A stretch of 29,410 bases of DNA from positions 1 through 29,410 of the IMG/VR virus record IMGVR_UViG_3300008113_000673. The stretch is one strand, 5' to 3'. Shown piece by piece: positions 24,601 to 29,410 of this stretch. This DNA is from a virus (taxonomy: Duplodnaviria > Caudoviricetes). Each line of letters begins with the position of its first letter. Position 1 is the first letter of the stretch. The translations under genes and the position numbers were made by a program. Below the pieces are notes generated by a model. That model did not search any database. It saw nothing but the letters and a program-made list of their open reading frames with translations, and was not told where the DNA came from.

Positions 24601-25097
24601 GCACGGCTCCAAGTCAGCAGAGGGGCAATAACGACTCCGCCTGTGGTGCCGGTGTAACGAGTCCAAACAATCGGGATAGCGTCGCCAAATTCGGCAAGAT
24701 CGGCAAAGCCGTCAAAGTTGGTGGACTGAATAAAGCGGTCTTGACCCGTGCGACCGCGACGAGTTATTTGTCGTGTTTGCTGCTGCTCTGGTGCGCGAGG
24801 TTTTGGTGTTAGAAGATACGAAACGCCTGATAAAACCAGGCCAATAGCAAGACTAATTAAAGCAGATGTAGTAGCCGGATCACATCGTATATCCGGAATA
24901 TGAGCATATTCCGCAGGACGCACGTAGGCATTACGTTCTAGTTCAAAAAGAAACTGTTTGTATTCTTCTGTGCTGCAACCAATTATGTCGCACAGTTCTT
25001 TTTCGTACGGAAGAAGTACGCGCTCGATAGGTTTGCCAGCGGGGACCAGACCACTCGCTTGCTCAAAGGGCTGATCAGCAGAATCCCTCGTTGCCAT
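21624..25097 (-). CDS. Tail tip / central fibre (lambda gpJ-like hub) protein
   Basis: 1157 aa; LAEFGDAIPIVW N-terminal motif, FTAGNIIEGSF, position after TMP and L/K-like genes. Confidence 0.75.
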   Translation of the reverse strand: MATRDSADQPFEQASGLVPAGKPIERVLLPYEKELCDIIGCSTEEYKQFLFELERNAYVRPAEYAHIPDIRCDPATTSALISLAIGLVLSGVSYLLTPKPRAPEQQQTRQITRRGRTGQDRFIQSTNFDGFADLAEFGDAIPIVWTRYTGTTGGVVIAPLLTWSRAFSLGNQQAAKLVYLISESGLSAPDISGVFIGNTALSVQDADNYIFAWDARPSYDASRITGYNEGGVGFSACLTPSNSTQFGVSNPIANCTGYRVNWQVISYPEDLDEKAERDIRNQRLKVCGRPGRSAGMPGVGRDYPRRLGVIAAGKDQTGTTFRISGTRLPRKPSDFEKSTTITTEDINDALDAECIAADEVLQVGEQLVVGTQLLKVTGRSSQLWQRGSDVDIYLSAAVKGGPLSDIAANNAIADNENPSTRNYGVIYYSICRATTAVFRNNRRCQVTEIGIKSQVWGRINGLANFNRVPDPETLQGYDDDGVQFNLGNNNEYFPRVSMFRVQIRKVGQTSWGNVGGALAVRGGTPTDQHFQLRLNHGTDAEYEFRLKPISSAAIRDGLRELLVLNPNAEYVNDGILSFRGTREQIYANETSDELNPLFEARAMQTKGWGNAYASESYRIPTRATYFNMGVFSLTNVDYTGRLINVTDEQERLQRAFMYELFGDPLNLSQRKTADLKVKTDRGVVKLLLRVEAQDADPGTNVALRWRVRFAEIYEARPIEDSAFNVGQTIGIKVRLKTDSLYLDGKFPASIEDNRVELRMRLQITNTANKTLTPENRGWRLFETYAAFAEVSRYGNIVTHSCDSGPEHQVVYVNQTGGVALGDYSNVNTALLALRSNRNITSVDQLRLWIKSGTTNSNSFPRLVQYLLQNVKGISPQMIDTASFNEADSWCNANGLYYDGAITSRTNLRSFITSTAPFFLLNFVMRNGKLALLPALPGGGSAAMFTAGNIIEGSFSLEYLDISERRPIRAEMVWRRNLLNEFPQQQSFVLGSPGDTLESFDMSAFCTSESHARKAGNYILALRKFVTHAIRFKTTMDNASIGPGSIITVALNQTAASRFTNGSIGPTGVITTGQNLPNGTYPITYFISGNSTTLSGTLTVIGGRTTDAALFNSIFSITQENIVTSTYLVEQVELDEEGLVSVSATEYPYNAIASAVGL

Positions 25098-25333
25098 GCG
25101 ACGCCAAATGCCCAGCTACTTTGTGGCAGCAAAACCACATCCCCATCGTAGCCGCCATCTGTTACACGACAGCCCCAGCGGTATAGGTCTCGCAGCACAG
25201 ACTTTCGCGGTAAGTCGTACCAGCGTGGATTGAAGTCTGGCGTTGGGATGCCTAAAGCGCGTTCTACTGTGTAAACGACGTGGATGCAGTCGATGTAGCC
25301 GTCTGATCCGTCCGCACCAAGGCGGAAGGGCAT
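24983..25333 (-). CDS. NlpC/P60-like tail assembly protein (lambda gpK-like), start uncertain
   Basis: LIGMPFRLGADG..IDCIHVV...GDVVLL; ORF track 24983..25387. Confidence 0.65.
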   Translation of the reverse strand: MPFRLGADGSDGYIDCIHVVYTVERALGIPTPDFNPRWYDLPRKSVLRDLYRWGCRVTDGGYDGDVVLLPQSSWAFGVAWQRGILLISPLSKRVVWSPLANLSSAYFFRTKKNCAT

Positions 25334-25343
25334 CCCGATCAGC

Positions 25344-25754
25344 TCAAGACAGGCGGAAGGCGCTACTGGTGGGGACGGCTCCAACAAGACCTTGACCGAT
25401 TACACGAAAGGGTACGTCTGCGCCAACGGCATCTAAAACGCTGTTGAGTTGAAGATTGACGCTGGTTTCATCCCACGATGATGCCCCGACCTGGCCGGTG
25501 TAGGTGTAGATCGTGGTGTTTGCGGAGACGTTGACCAGTGCGACGGTGACGACCCACTGGTTTGCGGCGGCTTCCGATGCCCATGAGCGGGCAAGGTCGT
25601 TGTTTGGGAAGACCAGCGACGCTTGGGTGTTGTCGCCGCTGCGGTTGACGACGACGCCGCTAAATCCAAACGGGAGAAAGTTGCTGCCGTTCAGGTTGTA
25701 GTTCTGGTAGCTGCCTCCGTTTAGGGAAAGCGTGTTGCCAATGATCAGTTCCAT
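25344..25754 (-). CDS. Minor tail protein (gpL-like)
   Basis: FLPFGFSG...LNSVLDAVGADVP; coupled to TMP stop. Confidence 0.6.
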   Translation of the reverse strand: MELIIGNTLSLNGGSYQNYNLNGSNFLPFGFSGVVVNRSGDNTQASLVFPNNDLARSWASEAAANQWVVTVALVNVSANTTIYTYTGQVGASSWDETSVNLQLNSVLDAVGADVPFRVIGQGLVGAVPTSSAFRLS

Positions 25755-28387
25755 CAGACTCCGACGCGGTTGCGGGTAGCAGGTGAGTTACGCAAACGTC
25801 CCAGTGCGCGGCGTTCGCCTTGCTCGGCACCTTGTAGGGCGGCTTGGCGCATACCGCGTTGGAATTGGTCCGCCGTAACGTAGTCCACGCTATTGATGCG
25901 TTCAACGGTGTAGCGCACGTCGATTGCACCGGAACCAGAGCCTGCTGCGCCACCTCCACCGGATGTGCCATTGCCTGGAATGACCGCAGAACCTCGGGCG
26001 CCAGCAGAGTAGCGAGCCATTGCGCCGCGCATCTTGCTCGCGGGGATAATGTACTCCGCTTCACCGCCTTCACCAACTACAGCACGGGTAGGACCGGTAA
26101 CAAAACCACCCTCGGCATAACCTGGAACACGAATACCGCCTGAGCCAAAAGTGCTGGCTCCGGTTCCTTTGAAGCTTCCTCCAAAAGTGGCTTTACCAGC
26201 AGCATTTGACTTGGATGTGAAAGATCCCGCCGCTGCACCGCTAATAAAACCAAGGACAGTTTCGAGAATGTAAATCTCGATGAGCTTGGCGATCATCTTG
26301 CTGGCCATGTCCATAAAGTGGTCGCCGACACCTTTGAAGAACGCGGCAAGCGCTTGCTGACCAGTCATTGCTCCGGTGACAAGACCTCGGAAGGCTTGAG
26401 AGAAAGCGTCACCAATGGCTTGAGCACCAGCGACAACTTGATTTGTAAAATCTGTAAGTTCATTTAGTTGACCTCGGGCTGTTGCAACAGCAGATTCCAG
26501 CCTTTGTGTTTGTGTAGGGCCTTGTCCGGGTCCTGTTGCTGCTTGAGCGGTAATAGCCTTTTGTTGTTCTTTAAATGTTTTAAGTTGCTTATCTAGTTCT
26601 ACTGTGCTTGCTCCTCTGGCTTTTGCTTCCATAATTGCCAATTCAGTTAGTTTAATTTGCTCTTCTACGGCAAGAAGTTCTTGCGCTACTAACTTTTCAA
26701 AGTTGGCTCTGCGAGCCGCTTCTGCAGGCAGCAAACCTTCTGTAACTAAGCGAAGATATGTTTTTCCGTATTGAACCTGCAGGGTTTGTTCTTGACGTAG
26801 ATCTGTAAACACTTTTACGGAATTACGTACAGCGTCTTGCAAACGCAACTCTTCCTCAAATCTACGTTGTTGTATGTCGCGTATCTGGTCTTCTGTTTCT
26901 TTTTGTGCAATGCTGACTCTAGCTTGTGCGAATTGATTTATGGCAGCACGTTCTGTCTCGTAATTAGCTTGCCTGAGAGCTTGGGCTTTATCCCGCGCGA
27001 TGTCGGAAAGTTTTTTGGTTAGTTCAACTTCTGGAATGAGTAGATCACGTCCCTGAAAACGAAGATCACGAATAAGATCCTCCGCATTACCCATTTCAAT
27101 AAGGGCCTGTAGATCATCCTGTAAAGCGGCCGTACGATCTTCTGGAGGTTTTGGACTTTTTGTATTTTTGGTCGAAAATTGTTCGTTTAAACGTGCAACA
27201 TCGGAAAGAAATTTGCGTGTATCTTGCAACGCTTGGTCTTGAGCTTTTTTACGCTCTGCTGCTCCTTTGCGCACCTCATTGGCACGGTCTTTTCCGAACA
27301 TTGCAGGGTCAATAAATTGCCCTTGCGCTCCAAGGGCAGCTGCCGCTGCTAATAATCTATCCATCAAGGTAATTTCTTGTGCGACTTTAATAAGTTTTTG
27401 TTCTTGAAGAGTAATCAGTCGTTGTTGTAAAAAGGCGTTAGCTGCTGCCGAGCCATTTATTTCTAGTTGCTTTAATGCTTCTTTTGCTTGTGAGTCAGTA
27501 ATTGTATCTCGAAGTTTTACAATAGCTTCTAAAGTGCTCTTGTTGTCTCTGGCTGCCGCAAGAGCATTAAACGCTTCCTCGCCGCCAACAGCACCAAAAC
27601 TTGTGGCTAAAGCTTCTCTGATGTTTGCAGATCCAAACTCAGAAAACGCTGCGACAAGTTTTAACGCCTCATCTTTAGCTATACCTAGCTGAGATGCAAG
27701 CTGAGAAATATCGGATGCGGTTGTGCGGGATGTTCCGCCTGTAGAAGATAGACTGTTGTTTAAAGAGTTGAGTTCCTGATTAAGTTTTACCGCGTCATCA
27801 ACGGCTTGTCCGATAGCTGTACCAACAAGGGATAGACCAAAGCCGAGTGTCCCGCCAAAGGCGCCTCCGACTGCGCCGCCTAATCCGCCACCAACAGCAG
27901 CTCCGGCCCCTTGCCCAAACAACAACGGAAAAGCACCACCAATGACGGCGTTACTCGCAGCGCTACCTACGCGCGAACGTAACGTTGCGGCCGCTTGTTT
28001 TTGTTTTTCGGCAGTTATTTTTTGTTCTGCGGCTAGTTCTTGTTGCTTTGTTTGTAACCTACGGCTAATAATTCCGCTGATATAATTTTCCGCAAAAGAC
28101 CTGTCTTTTAAAGATTTAAGTTGCGCTTGCGCGTCAGCACGACGCAGTTCACTTACACGCTTTTCAACAGCGAATGCTGCTGCTTGAGCGCTTGCGCTTG
28201 TTACTCCACTACCTCCTGGTCCCATGGGAGTAGCGGAAGCTGCTCCGGCAATAGTTCTGCGTATAACGACCTGTTGTTTGTTTACTTGCTCAATAGTTTT
28301 TGATACTTGGGTGAGCTTATTTTGAAGTTCGTCTAGATACCGTACACCTCTTACGCCGATTTCAATATCAGCTCTGTAAGCGGCCAC
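25754..28387 (-). CDS. Tape measure protein
   Basis: About 877 aa from GTG 28387; helical Ala/Gln-rich; Gly-rich hydrophobic segment; C-terminal YAEGGFVTGPT..VGEGGEAEYIIP; follows tail chaperones. Confidence 0.9.
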   Translation of the reverse strand: MAAYRADIEIGVRGVRYLDELQNKLTQVSKTIEQVNKQQVVIRRTIAGAASATPMGPGGSGVTSASAQAAAFAVEKRVSELRRADAQAQLKSLKDRSFAENYISGIISRRLQTKQQELAAEQKITAEKQKQAAATLRSRVGSAASNAVIGGAFPLLFGQGAGAAVGGGLGGAVGGAFGGTLGFGLSLVGTAIGQAVDDAVKLNQELNSLNNSLSSTGGTSRTTASDISQLASQLGIAKDEALKLVAAFSEFGSANIREALATSFGAVGGEEAFNALAAARDNKSTLEAIVKLRDTITDSQAKEALKQLEINGSAAANAFLQQRLITLQEQKLIKVAQEITLMDRLLAAAAALGAQGQFIDPAMFGKDRANEVRKGAAERKKAQDQALQDTRKFLSDVARLNEQFSTKNTKSPKPPEDRTAALQDDLQALIEMGNAEDLIRDLRFQGRDLLIPEVELTKKLSDIARDKAQALRQANYETERAAINQFAQARVSIAQKETEDQIRDIQQRRFEEELRLQDAVRNSVKVFTDLRQEQTLQVQYGKTYLRLVTEGLLPAEAARRANFEKLVAQELLAVEEQIKLTELAIMEAKARGASTVELDKQLKTFKEQQKAITAQAATGPGQGPTQTQRLESAVATARGQLNELTDFTNQVVAGAQAIGDAFSQAFRGLVTGAMTGQQALAAFFKGVGDHFMDMASKMIAKLIEIYILETVLGFISGAAAGSFTSKSNAAGKATFGGSFKGTGASTFGSGGIRVPGYAEGGFVTGPTRAVVGEGGEAEYIIPASKMRGAMARYSAGARGSAVIPGNGTSGGGGAAGSGSGAIDVRYTVERINSVDYVTADQFQRGMRQAALQGAEQGERRALGRLRNSPATRNRVGV

Positions 28388-28424
28388 GGCTTGCGTCACA
28401 CTCTGGTACTTCAGTTTACGCGAC

Positions 28425-28450
28425 AAAAAAGCCGCCGGGTTAGCGGCGGC
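28425..28450 (-). terminator. Intrinsic terminator overlapping gpT stop
   Basis: Minus GCCGCCG-ctaacc-CGGCGGC-TTTTTT. Confidence 0.7.
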
Positions 28451-28637
28451 GTCTGGCCTTGTCCATTTCCTTTTGCTGGTCTTCGTTCAGGATTTGGAAG
28501 TAGGCGCTCCAGCCGAGTAATTCCTCGGCGGTCATGGTCGTCCGAACTTCGGTAAGAGTCAGGCCCAGTTCCTTGGCAACGCCAAACTGGAGCATGAGCC
28601 AGTTGTCTTTGCGGAGTTCGACGCTCAGGATTTTGGG
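28440..28637 (-). CDS. Tail assembly chaperone gpT part (reached by -1 frameshift)
   Basis: Not in ORF track. -1 frame PKILSVELRKDNWLMLQFGVAKELGLTLTEVRTTMTAEELLGWSAYFQILNEDQQKEMDKARRRR; in-frame ATG at 28595. Confidence 0.75.
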   Translation of the reverse strand, partial: PKILSVELRKDNWLMLQFGVAKELGLTLTEVRTTMTAEELLGWSAYFQILNEDQQKEMDKARRRR

Positions 28638-28972
28638 TCGATGGGCTCGGCGTCGTCGGTCAGAATCGCCAGCATCAGCTGTTGGAGATCTTTGTCCTTC
28701 ACTTCGTTCTTCAGCACATCCACTTCGCCGACGCTGAACAGCTTGGAGCCGGATTCGTCGAGGGCCTTAGCGATCAGCAGTTGGAGTGCGAAAGCGTTGG
28801 CGTCGTCGGACTTGGCTTGCTTCTGGGCGCGTTCGCGCTCAGCCATCGTCAGCGGTGCCACCCACATTTCAAATTTGCTGCCGTCAGAGAGTTCGACTAC
28901 TTTTTTAGCCGGCTCCAAATTGGCTGCTTTACGCAGACGATCAATGGCGCGGACTGGAATTGAGGCAGGCAT
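28625..28972 (-). CDS. Tail assembly chaperone gpG
   Basis: 115 aa between major tail protein and TMP; ends GAC CCA AAA TCC TGA with slippery C CCA AAA. Confidence 0.8.
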   Translation of the reverse strand: MPASIPVRAIDRLRKAANLEPAKKVVELSDGSKFEMWVAPLTMAERERAQKQAKSDDANAFALQLLIAKALDESGSKLFSVGEVDVLKNEVKDKDLQQLMLAILTDDAEPIDPKS

Positions 28973-29013
28973 AAAATCCTGTTGGTTTGGGTCTACTGTA
29001 GCGGACTAGACAT

Positions 29014-29040
29014 AAAAAGCCCCGGCTTTGAGGCCGGGGC
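29014..29040 (-). terminator. Intrinsic terminator after major tail protein
   Basis: Minus GCCCCGGC-ctcaaa-GCCGGGGC-TTTTT. Confidence 0.75.
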
Positions 29041-29067
29041 TACTGAACTGGCTATCCCAAAAGAGTA

Positions 29068-29410
29068 TCAGGACTTGGCGAAGTCGAAGGTGGGGGTGCC
29101 GGAGGGGCGGAAGTTGACGGTCACCGATTGGGCATCGTCGGGGTTGATGTTGAGGCTGGCGGAGGTCAGCACAGCATCGAAGCTGATCGAGCGGCTGAGG
29201 GTTTCGCTCAGGGTGCCGCCGCTGAATACGCGATCGGTGTAGAGCTTGAAGGCAGCACCGTTTTGCTGGCGCTGCAGCACGTCCTCGATCATGCGGTTGG
29301 ACAGGGCGGCGTCCTCATCGGTCATGTAGACCGTTGCGGTGCCGGTGCCATCGCCGAAGCCGCTGATGTAGCTGCGGAAGGGTACGTACTGACCAGGGGT
29401 TTGACCGATG
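29068..29410 (-). CDS. Major tail (tube) protein, C-terminal part
   Basis: Frame open to window end: IGQTPGQYVPFRSYISGFGDGTGTATVYMTDED...AVLTSASLNINPDDAQSVTVNFRPSG; upstream of chaperones and TMP. Confidence 0.8.
   Translation of the reverse strand, partial: IGQTPGQYVPFRSYISGFGDGTGTATVYMTDEDAALSNRMIEDVLQRQQNGAAFKLYTDRVFSGGTLSETLSRSISFDAVLTSASLNINPDDAQSVTVNFRPSGTPTFDFAKS

Noticed and set aside
1-29410. CRISPR array, tRNA genes, stop-codon reassignment
   Set aside because: No regularly spaced repeats or cloverleafs noticed by eye; genes read intact in the standard code using all three stops

Overview
This window is a fragment of a tailed dsDNA phage genome with siphovirus-type tail genes. Gene content suggests a picocyanobacterial (Synechococcus/Cyanobium-type) siphovirus; this is an inference from gene families, not a search. 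Left half: a leftward exonuclease, an AT-rich T5orf172/GIY-YIG gene and an SSB, divergent from a rightward replication/early block (PrimPol-PriCT2-helicase, small ORFs, HTH proteins, dCTP deaminase, family A DNA polymerase, HNH-AP2 endonuclease). Right half, on the minus strand: major tail protein (partial), tail chaperones with a -1 frameshift, tape measure, tail tip genes, tail fibres and a lysis cassette (holin-like peptide, GH73+C39 endolysin). The blocks converge at about 12,652. Most notable features not visible in the ORF track: (1) a candidate second programmed -1 frameshift in the holin-like gene (C CCA AAG, 6 nt, 8-bp hairpin); (2) a 161-bp interrupted palindrome with TGTCC/GGACA repeats inside the primase-helicase gene, a candidate origin; (3) a frame-broken tail fibre gene; (4) recurring TAnnnT plus leader-hairpin cassettes and several structured intergenic elements.
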